Assembly: GCA_964498785.1 (NCBI GenBank)
Contig: CAZCJL010000021.1
Location: 2,818-66,817 of the forward strand
DNA: 64,000 bases
Direction of reading: 5' to 3'
DNA from: an uncultured Cytophagia bacterium
GTDB taxonomy: Bacteria; Zhuqueibacterota; Zhuqueibacteria; Thermofontimicrobiales; Thiofontviventaceae
Numbering within the stretch: the stretch's first letter is position 1; each line of letters opens with the position of its first letter. The notes under the pieces are model-generated. The model did not search any database and was not told where the DNA came from. It was given only the letters and a program-made list of their open reading frames with translations. Below, piece after piece: positions 19,951-29,075 of the stretch. A program made the position numbers and the translations under genes.

Positions 19951-20470
19951 TAAAAAGAAAAAAGAGAAAGAACATGAGGTTAAAATAGATTTTGGGTTAG
20001 GAGGTTTGTTTAAAGGGCTCGGCAATCTGGTTGACCTTGTGTCTGAAATGTCTGAAAAAGGGGAGCAGATCAAGGAAAGAACGCAGGAATTTTCTGGTAA
20101 AGGTCCGTTCAAGGATGTGAACGGAGTTTATGGATTTTCAATTAAAATGGGCGCGAGTGGAAAACCTGAAGTAAATTCTTTTGGAAATGTAAAGAAAAGT
20201 CAAAACGGGCCTGTGGTTGATGAGGTGAGAGAACCGATGGTCGATATTTTTGAGGAAGATGATGAAATTCAGATCATCGCGGAAATGCCAGGTGTGGCTA
20301 AAAATCAAATCAAATTAGAATTGAATGGTGATGTGATGATGATTAGCGCGCAAAATAACAAACGAAAGTACCAGAAAGAGCTATTGTTACCAACACCAGT
20401 GAAAGAGCAGACAGTGGTCTATTCTTATAAAAATGGTATTCTTGAAGTTAAATTGGCGAAAAATTCATAG
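19940..20470 (+). CDS. Hsp20/alpha-crystallin small heat-shock protein (GvpH-like)
   Basis: 176 aa. The alpha-crystallin domain REPMVDIFEEDDEIQIIAEMPGVAKNQIKLELNGDVMMISA…VVYSYKNGILEVKLAK follows a Lys-rich N-terminus. Confidence 0.8.
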   Translation: MENNKKKKEKEHEVKIDFGLGGLFKGLGNLVDLVSEMSEKGEQIKERTQEFSGKGPFKDVNGVYGFSIKMGASGKPEVNSFGNVKKSQNGPVVDEVREPMVDIFEEDDEIQIIAEMPGVAKNQIKLELNGDVMMISAQNNKRKYQKELLLPTPVKEQTVVYSYKNGILEVKLAKNS

Positions 20471-20500
20471 CACTATTGAAAAAAGGATCCGGAGAGTCGA

Positions 20501-22639
20501 ATGGCGGAATCTACTGACAAAACGATTATACGATTGAGGGTAGCCGAATCGATGGCAAAAGATGTTGGCCGCGGGATTGCGCGCATCGACCCTGTTGATA
20601 TGAAGGCAATAAATGCCAGCGTTGGTGATATTGTTGAGATTGCCGGAAAAAGAAAAACAGTTGCCAAACTGATGCCCACGTATTCTGAATATCGGGAAAA
20701 AGGTTTAATCCAAATCGACGGCCTGATTCGAGAAAATGCCAAAGTGGGGCTGGATGAGCGCGTCGGAATCAAAAAAATCGAATCCCAACCGGCGACTAAA
20801 ATAATACTGGATCCGCTGTCCATTATTTCCGGTAGTTTACGAGAAAGCCGTTATATTGGTCGATTAATTGAGGGATTACCATTACAAAAGGGCGACCGCA
20901 TCCGGGCGAATTTAATCGGTTCCCGGTCCCAGGATTTTACTGTCATTGATACGAATCCGGGAGGAGTGGTGATGGTTCAGCCGTCCTCTCTTATTCAGAT
21001 TAAATCCAGAGATGAACAGAAGAAAGCTGGTCAAAAGATATCTTATGAAGATATTGGCGGTCTTCACAAAGAGATTCAACGAATCCGCGAAATGATTGAG
21101 CTTCCGCTAAAATATCCTCAAATTTTCCAACGGCTGGGAATTGACCCGCCAAAAGGAGTGCTGTTACTGGGGCCACCGGGAACCGGAAAAACGCTAATTG
21201 CCAGGGCGGTTGCAAACGAAACAGAAGCCTCATTTTTTGCGATCAATGGTCCGGAAGTGATTCATAAGTTTTACGGTGAAAGTGAAGCAAAACTACGCAG
21301 CATTTTTGAACAGGCAAATAAACAAGCGCCGAGCATCATTTTTCTCGACGAAATTGATGCGATATCACCAAAACGTGAATCTGTGGTTGGTGATGTTGAA
21401 AAAAGAGTTGTGGCTCAATTATTAGCTCTTATGGATGGACTTGCCAGCCGGGGACAGATTATCGTAATTGGCGCGACAAATATTCCCAATGCAATAGACC
21501 CGGCACTGCGCCGCCCCGGACGGTTTGATAGGGAAATCACCATTGGTGTTCCCGATAAAAAGGGGAGAGAACAGGTTCTGGAAATTCATACTCGTGGTAT
21601 GCCTCTGGCGGCAGATATTGATTTAAAAAGACTTGCCGAAATGACCCATGGCTTTGTCGGTGCAGATTTAGCAGCGCTATGCCGCGAATCGGCAATGAGC
21701 GCTTTGCGTACTATTTTCCCTAAAATCGATTTTGGTATGGATTCCATTCCCTATGAGACTATCCTGGAACTGGAAATAAACATGGACCACTTTTATGAGG
21801 CAATGAAAGAGGTAGAACCCTCTGCCACCCGTGAGGTATCTGTAGAAGTACCGAATGTCCGTTGGGATCAGGTTGGAGGATTGCAGGACGTAAAACAAAA
21901 ATTAATTGAAGCAATTGAGTGGCCGTTAAAATATGCGGAATTATTCGAAATTGCCAAAACGACTCCGCCGAAAGGAATTGTTTTACACGGACAACCGGGG
22001 ACCGGGAAAACATTATTGGCTAAAGCAGTGGCCACAGAAAGCGAGGTGAATTTTATTTCCATCAAAGGGCCGGAATTATTATCGAAATGGGTTGGTGAAA
22101 GCGAAAAGGGCGTTCGGGAGCTTTTTAAAAAAGCACGCCAGGCGGCTCCGTGCATACTCTTTTTTGACGAAATTGACGCCATTGCACCGGTTCGAGGCAG
22201 TGGCGGCTCAGATTCGCATGTTACAGAAAGAGTTATTAGTCAATTGCTCACTGAATTGGACGGTATCGAGGGCTTAAAAAACGTTGTCGTGATTGCGGCA
22301 ACAAACAGAATCGATATTATTGATGCGGCAGTATTACGACCGGGTCGATTTGATTTTTTGATCGAGCTTCCGGTGCCGGATCCTGAATCCAGAACAAAAA
22401 TATTCAATGTTCATTTGCATGATAAACCATTAGATAAAGATGTGAAGATTTCGAATTTGGTCAATGATACAGAAGGATTTGTAGGAGCAGACATCGAATC
22501 AATTTGTCGATATGCTTCCATGCTGGCAATTCGTGATGTAGTGGAGTCGCAAAAAGGGGATCAATTTGATTTAGAAAAGCTTCGATTAACTATGAAACAT
22601 TTTAAAATAGCGATTAACGATGCCGGTCAAAGGACTTAA
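20501..22639 (+). CDS. CDC48/VCP/VAT-type AAA+ ATPase (N-domain plus tandem D1 and D2 rings)
   Basis: 712 aa with an N-terminal double-psi-barrel-like segment. There are two Walker A sites ([22 protein letters not shown]), two Walker B sites ([18 protein letters not shown]) and second-region-of-homology motifs. Confidence 0.85.
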   Translation: MAESTDKTIIRLRVAESMAKDVGRGIARIDPVDMKAINASVGDIVEIAGKRKTVAKLMPTYSEYREKGLIQIDGLIRENAKVGLDERVGIKKIESQPATKIILDPLSIISGSLRESRYIGRLIEGLPLQKGDRIRANLIGSRSQDFTVIDTNPGGVVMVQPSSLIQIKSRDEQKKAGQKISYEDIGGLHKEIQRIREMIELPLKYPQIFQRLGIDPPKGVLLLGPPGTGKTLIARAVANETEASFFAINGPEVIHKFYGESEAKLRSIFEQANKQAPSIIFLDEIDAISPKRESVVGDVEKRVVAQLLALMDGLASRGQIIVIGATNIPNAIDPALRRPGRFDREITIGVPDKKGREQVLEIHTRGMPLAADIDLKRLAEMTHGFVGADLAALCRESAMSALRTIFPKIDFGMDSIPYETILELEINMDHFYEAMKEVEPSATREVSVEVPNVRWDQVGGLQDVKQKLIEAIEWPLKYAELFEIAKTTPPKGIVLHGQPGTGKTLLAKAVATESEVNFISIKGPELLSKWVGESEKGVRELFKKARQAAPCILFFDEIDAIAPVRGSGGSDSHVTERVISQLLTELDGIEGLKNVVVIAATNRIDIIDAAVLRPGRFDFLIELPVPDPESRTKIFNVHLHDKPLDKDVKISNLVNDTEGFVGADIESICRYASMLAIRDVVESQKGDQFDLEKLRLTMKHFKIAINDAGQRT

Positions 22640-23105
22640 ACAGATAAAAACGCTTTCTTCAACTCGTCGAATTTCTGATAAAAATGGTCTCAATAAAATC
22701 AGTTCTTTAACAGTTATCAGGCACGTTCAAGCTCCTCCTGTAAAGAATCACCAGTCATATTCGCCAAAGACATGGGTTTTTATTGCAGAGCCAAAATTTG
22801 TGCGTTACCGGCAAAGTTTGCTTATCGAACGCTCTGAGGAACCTATGACTGAACTTTTCCAGGAAGCAGAAGCTGTTATTGTTATCGCTGAAATTCCGGG
22901 TGTTGCAGGAACAGACGATTTGAAATTAACGGTGGAAGGGGATATTTTAATTCTTGAAGCAATGGTCCGGGGGAAACAGGCCAATCGAAAATATTTTAAA
23001 GAAATCATCATCCCATTTCAAATAAATGAACGAGATATTGTTTTTTCATTAAACAACGGACTATTTGAAATTAAGTTATTTCCCCTAACCAGGAGGCATA
23101 AATGA
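22620..23105 (+). CDS. Divergent Hsp20/alpha-crystallin-like protein
   Basis: The C-terminal ~85 aa resemble an alpha-crystallin domain ([37 protein letters not shown]…[14 protein letters not shown]). The annotated N-terminus overlaps the AAA+ gene by 20 nt, so the true start may be internal (e.g. MTELF at about 22845). Confidence 0.55.
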   Translation: MPVKGLKQIKTLSSTRRISDKNGLNKISSLTVIRHVQAPPVKNHQSYSPKTWVFIAEPKFVRYRQSLLIERSEEPMTELFQEAEAVIVIAEIPGVAGTDDLKLTVEGDILILEAMVRGKQANRKYFKEIIIPFQINERDIVFSLNNGLFEIKLFPLTRRHK

Positions 23106-23491
23106 GTTATATAAAAGTAATGGTCGTTGATGATAACGATGAAATACTTGATTTATTTAAAGATTTATTTCAAGAATTAAAATACCATGTGATGCTGGCA
23201 CATGATGGTAATGAGGCATTGCAATTATTCAAAAAAGAACAACCAGATGTAATTTTTCTGGATATTAGGATGCCTGGCCCGGATGGTATCGAAACACTTA
23301 AAAAATTAAAGCAAATTGATAATGGTAATAATGCAACAGTTGTGATGATAACAGGTTACGGTGATATTGAAACAGCCAGGCAGGCGATGCAATTGGGCGC
23401 TTACGAGTATCTTACAAAACCAATTGATTTGAATGCAATCAAGTCGATCTGTGAAGAAGTTATAGAAGAAACGGTGGTTGTGAATGCCTGA
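23102..23491 (+). CDS. Stand-alone response-regulator receiver domain (CheY-like)
   Basis: 129 aa. VMVVDDNDEILDL…DVIFLDIRMPGPDG…MITGYGD…KP shows the Asp pocket, the phospho-acceptor D in LDIRMP and the conserved K. There is no output domain. Confidence 0.85.
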   Translation: MSYIKVMVVDDNDEILDLFKDLFQELKYHVMLAHDGNEALQLFKKEQPDVIFLDIRMPGPDGIETLKKLKQIDNGNNATVVMITGYGDIETARQAMQLGAYEYLTKPIDLNAIKSICEEVIEETVVVNA

Positions 23492-24110
23492 TTTGATTTA
23501 TGTGCCAATCGTTCATACAGAAGCAGATTTGGGTACTCTTGCCAAATCGTTCAAAAATGAATATACGAAAAAATATTCAAGGCAGCGTTATGAAAACCAT
23601 GTTCAGACTATTCAGAGAATGTGGGATGAAATTAGTGTTTCATTATTAAAGATGGATCTGGAATGGCACAAAATACGGATATATCAGGATGGCCTTCCGG
23701 TATGTGGAAAAGAAGCTGAAATTGTCACAGAATTAGCCGCGCAGGGAAGCCGAAATCATCAATTAGTATTATTACTGATTGAAAAAGGTGCTCATTTAGA
23801 GGGAACTGAAGACAAAAAATTGCTATTAGAGGAATATCAGCATTATCAGAATATTTTTAATGCCAAAAGTCCTGTTATAAAAAACAGGTTGCTACACAAT
23901 TATCAAAAGAAAAGCGAGAAATTGTTGTACCAGCGGGATCAATTTGTTGCGAAACAAATTACAAACACACTGCGAGCGGGTGAAACCGCAATCCTGTTTA
24001 TGGGAATGCTCCATCATGTTGAACAATTTCTTGATAAAAAGATTCGTATTCAATACCTGATCCGCAGGCTTCCGTTGCATAAAAATGCTCGGTTAACAAC
24101 TGTCGAGTAA
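23484..24110 (+). CDS. Hypothetical protein of unknown family, translationally coupled to the receiver gene
   Basis: 208 aa with an 8-nt overlap with the receiver gene. I recognised no motif. It is the last gene of the plus-strand gvp block. Confidence 0.4.
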   Translation: MPDLIYVPIVHTEADLGTLAKSFKNEYTKKYSRQRYENHVQTIQRMWDEISVSLLKMDLEWHKIRIYQDGLPVCGKEAEIVTELAAQGSRNHQLVLLLIEKGAHLEGTEDKKLLLEEYQHYQNIFNAKSPVIKNRLLHNYQKKSEKLLYQRDQFVAKQITNTLRAGETAILFMGMLHHVEQFLDKKIRIQYLIRRLPLHKNARLTTVE

Positions 24111-24112
24111 AA

Positions 24113-24556
24113 TTATGGTTCAGTTTTTCTTTTCTGAAACGCTTTGTTTAAGATAATCTGAGTGGCTTCGGGAATATCGATAGATATTAATTCGTCATGC
24201 GAAAACCATCTGGCGTCTTTAGCGTCTGTATCAGCAGAAAGTTCACCATTTAGATAGATCGCCTCATAATCGACTAAAATATAGTGATATTGCACAGTTC
24301 CATTTTCATCTTTCAGAATCAAATCCAAGACGTCAATCACCTCGCCAATAGTTACTTTGATATTACATTCTTCCATAATTTCGCGTGCACAGGCTTTTTT
24401 TAGTTCTTCGCCAAGTTCAACAAGGCCGCCAGGCAAAGCCCAGAGACCAGCGCTTGGATCTTTACTTCGCTGGATTAATAATACTTTCTCGTTTTTATTG
24501 AATACAACGGCGCCAACGCCAACCATCGGATAGTCCGGATATGCGCGTCCTTTCAT
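24113..24556 (-). CDS. NUDIX hydrolase
   Basis: The Nudix box GGLVELGEELKKACAREIMEECNI matches GX5EX7REUXEEXGU. Confidence 0.85.
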   Translation of the reverse strand: MKGRAYPDYPMVGVGAVVFNKNEKVLLIQRSKDPSAGLWALPGGLVELGEELKKACAREIMEECNIKVTIGEVIDVLDLILKDENGTVQYHYILVDYEAIYLNGELSADTDAKDARWFSHDELISIDIPEATQIILNKAFQKRKTEP

Positions 24557-25230
24557 GAAAACATTCTCCGAAATTTTTTATAATCCGGAATGATTACTTT
24601 TCGACCTTCCCGAATAATGAGTTTTTCGTCTTCTAAATATTTAAATACCCTGGAAATAGTTTCCCGGGATGTGCCCGACATATTCGCCATGTCTTGTTGG
24701 AGCGGAATACGCGGAATTTCCATAGTGTTCTGTTTTCCTTTACCTTGATCTTCCGCCAGCATTGACAGGGTGGAGGCTACCCGTCCCATTGCATCTTGTA
24801 GCGAAAGGCTTTTAATTTGCGTATCACTTCGCCTGATTCTGGCAGCCAACTCTTTTAACAAACCAATCGCGATTTGCGGATAATCTTCCATTAACTTTAA
24901 AAAATCTCCCCTGCGTAGAATAAGTACTTGAGAATCTTCAACTGCGGTGACACTGGCAGACCGTGACTTCCCATCGAGCAAAGACATTTCACCAAAAAAG
25001 CCACCACTCTCTAAAATGGATAAAATAACCTCCCGTCCGTCATCGCTCATGCGGGAAACCTTCACACGTCCCTTCTGAATAAGAAACATTGAATTACCCG
25101 GATCTTCCTCAATTAAAATTATGCGATCCTTTTCATATTTTTTGCTGACACATAGATTACGGATTTGTTCAAGTTCTTCTTCATCTAATTGAGAAAAAAT
25201 AGGCACTCGTTTAAGAAGTGACGTCTCCAT
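24553..25230 (-). CDS. Crp/Fnr-family transcriptional regulator (cNMP-binding domain plus C-terminal HTH)
   Basis: 225 aa with a cNMP-binding beta-roll (…FFGEMSLLDG…RSASVTA…) and a C-terminal HTH (SGTSRETISRVFKYLEDEKLI). Confidence 0.85.
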   Translation of the reverse strand: METSLLKRVPIFSQLDEEELEQIRNLCVSKKYEKDRIILIEEDPGNSMFLIQKGRVKVSRMSDDGREVILSILESGGFFGEMSLLDGKSRSASVTAVEDSQVLILRRGDFLKLMEDYPQIAIGLLKELAARIRRSDTQIKSLSLQDAMGRVASTLSMLAEDQGKGKQNTMEIPRIPLQQDMANMSGTSRETISRVFKYLEDEKLIIREGRKVIIPDYKKFRRMFS

Positions 25231-25266
25231 AATTTTAAAGCCTCCCCTTTTTTTTTGATTAAACGC

Positions 25267-25896
25267 TTATCTTTTTTGTGATATTTCGTTTACCAATTCA
25301 TACACCTTTTCCATTGCGTCATCAGCTTGTTTTTGTAAGATTCCTTTTCGATCTTTTGAAATCTGGTCAATATTTTCTAAATAAAAAGGTTTACCAATTT
25401 TAACGGAAACTTTCACTGGTTTGGGGAACTTTGCTCCGGGAGGAAGAACTTGATCGGTTCCATAAATTGCAACTGGTACAATCGGACAATTTGCATGTTG
25501 GGCCAGGCGTACAAATCCTGTTCGAATACGGTGTTTTTTCCCTTCTATTCGTTTTCGGGTCCCTTCTGGCGCCATAAATAAAATTTCATCTTGTTTGAGG
25601 ATATTTACTGCACGATTGAAGGCCTCCTTATCAGAGGAATCTCGCACAACCGGGAAAATACTTACTGCTTGTAACCACCAACGAAGCAAGGGAACTTTGA
25701 ATAACGAATCTTTTGCCATTGTGTGAACACGGTGTTTTATACCTACAGAAAGCGCTACGATATCCATGTTGCTATTGTGGTTGAAAATGCCAATGAAGGG
25801 ACCTTTGGGGGGATAATTTTCAAGACCGGTAACAGTTGCGCGTAAGTAAATTCGAGCTACAAATCTGAGAATAAAGGCAGAAATCCAATATATCAT
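25267..25896 (-). CDS. plsC: 1-acyl-sn-glycerol-3-phosphate acyltransferase
   Basis: Carries the HX4D motif (FNHNSNMD) and FMAPEGTR motifs of LPLAT/PlsC acyltransferases. Confidence 0.8.
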   Translation of the reverse strand: MIYWISAFILRFVARIYLRATVTGLENYPPKGPFIGIFNHNSNMDIVALSVGIKHRVHTMAKDSLFKVPLLRWWLQAVSIFPVVRDSSDKEAFNRAVNILKQDEILFMAPEGTRKRIEGKKHRIRTGFVRLAQHANCPIVPVAIYGTDQVLPPGAKFPKPVKVSVKIGKPFYLENIDQISKDRKGILQKQADDAMEKVYELVNEISQKR

Positions 25897-25949
25897 TTAT
25901 TCCTCATACGTATTAAATTTTTTTAAAATACAATATAAAAGTGTGAAAA

Positions 25950-26543
25950 TCAAGATTTATTTTTATAGAGATTATTTTCATAAATAAGAGTTTCAACGTG
26001 CGGTGGAATCATGTACTTGACAGATTGTCCGTTACGAATCCGACGCCGGATATCTGAGCTTGAAATAGCAATCAGCGGATTATCCATGATTTTCATTTTC
26101 GTAACATATTCATTCGGCGCGTCTGCAATTATAGTTCCGGGGCGGCGGTAAACAACGACATGACACGCGTTCAGGATTTCGTCGGGTTTATACCAGCTTG
26201 AAAAATTCTCCAGATTATCTGCTCCGATGAGAAAAAATAAGTTTTCCCGGGATATTTTTAAAGTACGACGATAATGTAAAATCGTCTTTAGCGAGTATGA
26301 GACGTTTTTATTTTTTAATTCAAAATCAGAAATATTAAATGAGGGATTTCCCTGAATAGACAACTGAAGCATTTGCCAGCGAATATCAGCGGGTGTGATT
26401 CTCTTATCTTGTTTATGAGGTGGAATAGCAGCCGGGATAAAGATAATTTTACGAAGATCTAATTCATCGCGAATCCATTCTGCTAATAGTAAATGTCCGA
26501 TATGAACAGGATCAAAGGTTCCCCCGTATAAACAAATTTTCAT
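25950..26543 (-). CDS. nadD: Nicotinate-nucleotide adenylyltransferase
   Basis: The N-terminus MKICLYGGTFDPVHIGHLLLAE carries the (H/T)xGH motif of the nucleotidyltransferase superfamily. The length and …ISSSDIRRRI… region fit NadD. Confidence 0.85.
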   Translation of the reverse strand: MKICLYGGTFDPVHIGHLLLAEWIRDELDLRKIIFIPAAIPPHKQDKRITPADIRWQMLQLSIQGNPSFNISDFELKNKNVSYSLKTILHYRRTLKISRENLFFLIGADNLENFSSWYKPDEILNACHVVVYRRPGTIIADAPNEYVTKMKIMDNPLIAISSSDIRRRIRNGQSVKYMIPPHVETLIYENNLYKNKS

Positions 26544-26559
26544 CTCACAATCCTTGGTG

Positions 26560-27363
26560 CTAGTTCTCCTTTATGTCGTTATTTGATTGTTTTTCAGCGA
26601 GTTCCTGGAGTGAAATCTTAACACCAGGTACTCGTTTGCCTTTCGGATATTTAGAAAGATAACGTTTGTATTCTGCCAGTGCTCGATCATACTCGCCTTC
26701 TTTTTTCAAGCACACTGCTAACCAGTATTGCGCTTCTTTTGCCCAACTTGTATCATAATAATTATTCACAACACTCTCATAATATAAAATAGCTGCATCG
26801 TAGTATGTCAATTTACGATAGAGTTCTCCGTTTTTGTATTCTTTCTTTGCCAGCTTTTCTCGACATCTCGTCATAATATCATTCGCTTCATCCTTATAAT
26901 CACCATCCGGGAATTCTTCCATAAAGTGTTGCAGCTTTTCTATCGCCTGCAATGTATATGTCTGATCCAGTGAATATTTGGGCGATAGCTTATAGTTCGA
27001 CAGACCGACTTTATATAATGCATCGTCCTTATAGGAGCTATTCGGGAACATACGCACTAATTTTTCATATTCAGCAATTGCCAAAATATATTCTTTTAAT
27101 TTAAAATGACATTCTGCCAAATAATATTGGGCTTTATCGACGACATTGTGGCCAGGGAAATTTAATACAATAATTCGAAATTCAGTTTTTGCATCCAAAT
27201 AGTCGCCATCGTCAAATTTTTTAATGGCATAGTTTATTCTTTCCTCCGCGGATAAGTCTTTTTTAGGACGGTTGCTTCCGCAAGAAATGATGATGATACC
27301 AGATAGAAAAATTAAAAAGAATCGTTTTAACATGAAATAATCCTCATTTGCTTCTAAACGCAT
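26560..27363 (-). CDS. BamD/YfiO-like TPR lipoprotein (outer-membrane assembly factor)
   Basis: There is a lipoprotein signal (…LSGIIIISC) and TPR repeats with a BamD-like pattern (…YYLAECHFKLKEY…AEYEKLVRMFPNS…). The probable true start is MLKRFF at about 27333. Confidence 0.65.
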   Translation of the reverse strand: MRLEANEDYFMLKRFFLIFLSGIIIISCGSNRPKKDLSAEERINYAIKKFDDGDYLDAKTEFRIIVLNFPGHNVVDKAQYYLAECHFKLKEYILAIAEYEKLVRMFPNSSYKDDALYKVGLSNYKLSPKYSLDQTYTLQAIEKLQHFMEEFPDGDYKDEANDIMTRCREKLAKKEYKNGELYRKLTYYDAAILYYESVVNNYYDTSWAKEAQYWLAVCLKKEGEYDRALAEYKRYLSKYPKGKRVPGVKISLQELAEKQSNNDIKEN

Positions 27364-28015
27364 AAAACATATAAATAATAACTCCTGAAATCCCCATAAT
27401 AAAAACCGGTTCTAAAACCTTTTTATAGCCGTTAAATTCAGGAACCGGTGCTAATGTAAATGAAATGTGCGTATTTTGGAGTTCGGAAATCGTTTTTCGG
27501 TCTACATAATCTGAATACGAATCCGTACATTCTCCCATCCAAATGATTTTGCTATTATTCTTAAGACGTGAAAACTTTGTCCAAAGTTTTAGTATAAATT
27601 TTCGTTGAACAGGATTAGATTTCCAGAAGGTATCGTTACTTAAATAATTAACATTCAGTTTAATAATTTTATATTCAATAACAATGGAATTTTGATTTAA
27701 TCCCGCACCAGAGTCGTTTAGTGTGGCAATCGAGTCACAGTGCATCTTTTGCAGAGATTTAATATACCAATTTTCTATAAACCATCCGTTTGCATTTTCA
27801 GGATCAGCGTTTCGCACATAAATTGTTTTATCGTGGCATAAAATTCCGGAACTATCGATAGTTTCACTTACCACGTTCTCGGCAAGCAGGTTGAATATTT
27901 TATAATTATCCATTTCCTCAACAGGTTCCTGGCCGATCACTGATCCGAAAAAAAATAGAACAGTTATAAAAAAATATGCCATATAAAGTTGGTTTTTCTG
28001 ATACGAAAACAACAT
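27344..28015 (-). CDS. Hypothetical secreted protein
   Basis: The ORF was trimmed to the first Met that does not overlap the upstream gene (MLFSYQ at 28015, or MAYFF at 27982). An N-terminal hydrophobic signal follows. No family was recognised. Confidence 0.4.
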   Translation of the reverse strand: MLFSYQKNQLYMAYFFITVLFFFGSVIGQEPVEEMDNYKIFNLLAENVVSETIDSSGILCHDKTIYVRNADPENANGWFIENWYIKSLQKMHCDSIATLNDSGAGLNQNSIVIEYKIIKLNVNYLSNDTFWKSNPVQRKFILKLWTKFSRLKNNSKIIWMGECTDSYSDYVDRKTISELQNTHISFTLAPVPEFNGYKKVLEPVFIMGISGVIIYMFYAFRSK

Positions 28016-28046
28016 TTCATATACTCTTTTGCTTGTTTGAAGTTCC

Positions 28047-29075
28047 CTATAAATGAAACAGCAGCGAAAAGAAATGCCAGCGATTAAAGCTGTGTTCTTT
28101 TTCTTGATAAACAAACGAGTACTGGAGAGAATAATTATGATGACCAAACTCATTTTGTTTTTTGTGAAATAGCTTTGAATCGATTAAACCGACTCCAAAT
28201 GAATAATTATTATGCTTGGTATAATTTTCTTGAAAATATCCGCCTTGAATCGCTGCAATACCCCAGAAAGTTTGTTCAAAGCCGAAGTGCACTTCCCTGA
28301 CGTTTTCTTTGTTTTCTTCTGTAAGATTGCGGACATCCAGAGAAAACGTGGCGCCGGAAAAAGGTCGGTAAGAAATTCCGATATTCATGGTTTCATCGAA
28401 CATTCGTTCCACCGGTGTTCTGTAATTTGGTAATTCTTTGGGAAAATCAATATACGATAGGCCGACATTTATATGTGGATTTGGTTTCATCAAAATCCCG
28501 TAGCCAAACCCAAATCCGCGTTCTAATCCATTTTCGGTTTCTTTATAATAAAATGTACCGCTAAATCCCATTGAAACTTTTGATGCCAACTCAATATGTG
28601 AAAAGACTGTATGCGAACTGTTATTCCATAAATCGTTGAAATTAAAAAACTCAACCTGCTGCCTGGCCAAAACGTTGTTTAATGACTCTTCTCCGAATAT
28701 GATCCCGACAGTTAAAAACTTTGCAGTGAAAATCGCCGACTTTATGAGCAGGGCGGAGGCATTTAGCAAATTCGCATTTTCGATCTTTTCGGTAAAATTA
28801 TTAGAGTAATGTCTGGAAGACACAAGAGATGATATTGGATTTAGAAAAACCGTTAATCGATATTGTTTTTCCGTTTCATAGAGATTAAATGCTCCGGGAT
28901 TATAAAACACTGCTTCCAGGTCGTCTTCAACAGAAGTAAAAGCGCCTCCCATTGCCAGAGGTCGTTGTTTTACATTGCTCAACGTTCCAAAATAATGTGT
29001 TTGCGCATTACTTGCGTGAATATTAAACCAGAATAAAATGATTGTCAGAAAAAAAAAGACGGGGTAATTATTCAT
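28047..29075 (-). CDS. FadL/PorV-like outer-membrane beta-barrel protein (NPA-hatch motif family)
   Basis: It has a signal peptide and then RPLAMGGAFTSVEDDLEAVFYNPGAF, the GxGGA…D…NPAG hatch signature of FadL/TodX/PorV-type OM channels. An aromatic C-terminus (…HFFSLLFHL) is also present. Confidence 0.55.
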   Translation of the reverse strand: MNNYPVFFFLTIILFWFNIHASNAQTHYFGTLSNVKQRPLAMGGAFTSVEDDLEAVFYNPGAFNLYETEKQYRLTVFLNPISSLVSSRHYSNNFTEKIENANLLNASALLIKSAIFTAKFLTVGIIFGEESLNNVLARQQVEFFNFNDLWNNSSHTVFSHIELASKVSMGFSGTFYYKETENGLERGFGFGYGILMKPNPHINVGLSYIDFPKELPNYRTPVERMFDETMNIGISYRPFSGATFSLDVRNLTEENKENVREVHFGFEQTFWGIAAIQGGYFQENYTKHNNYSFGVGLIDSKLFHKKQNEFGHHNYSLQYSFVYQEKEHSFNRWHFFSLLFHL

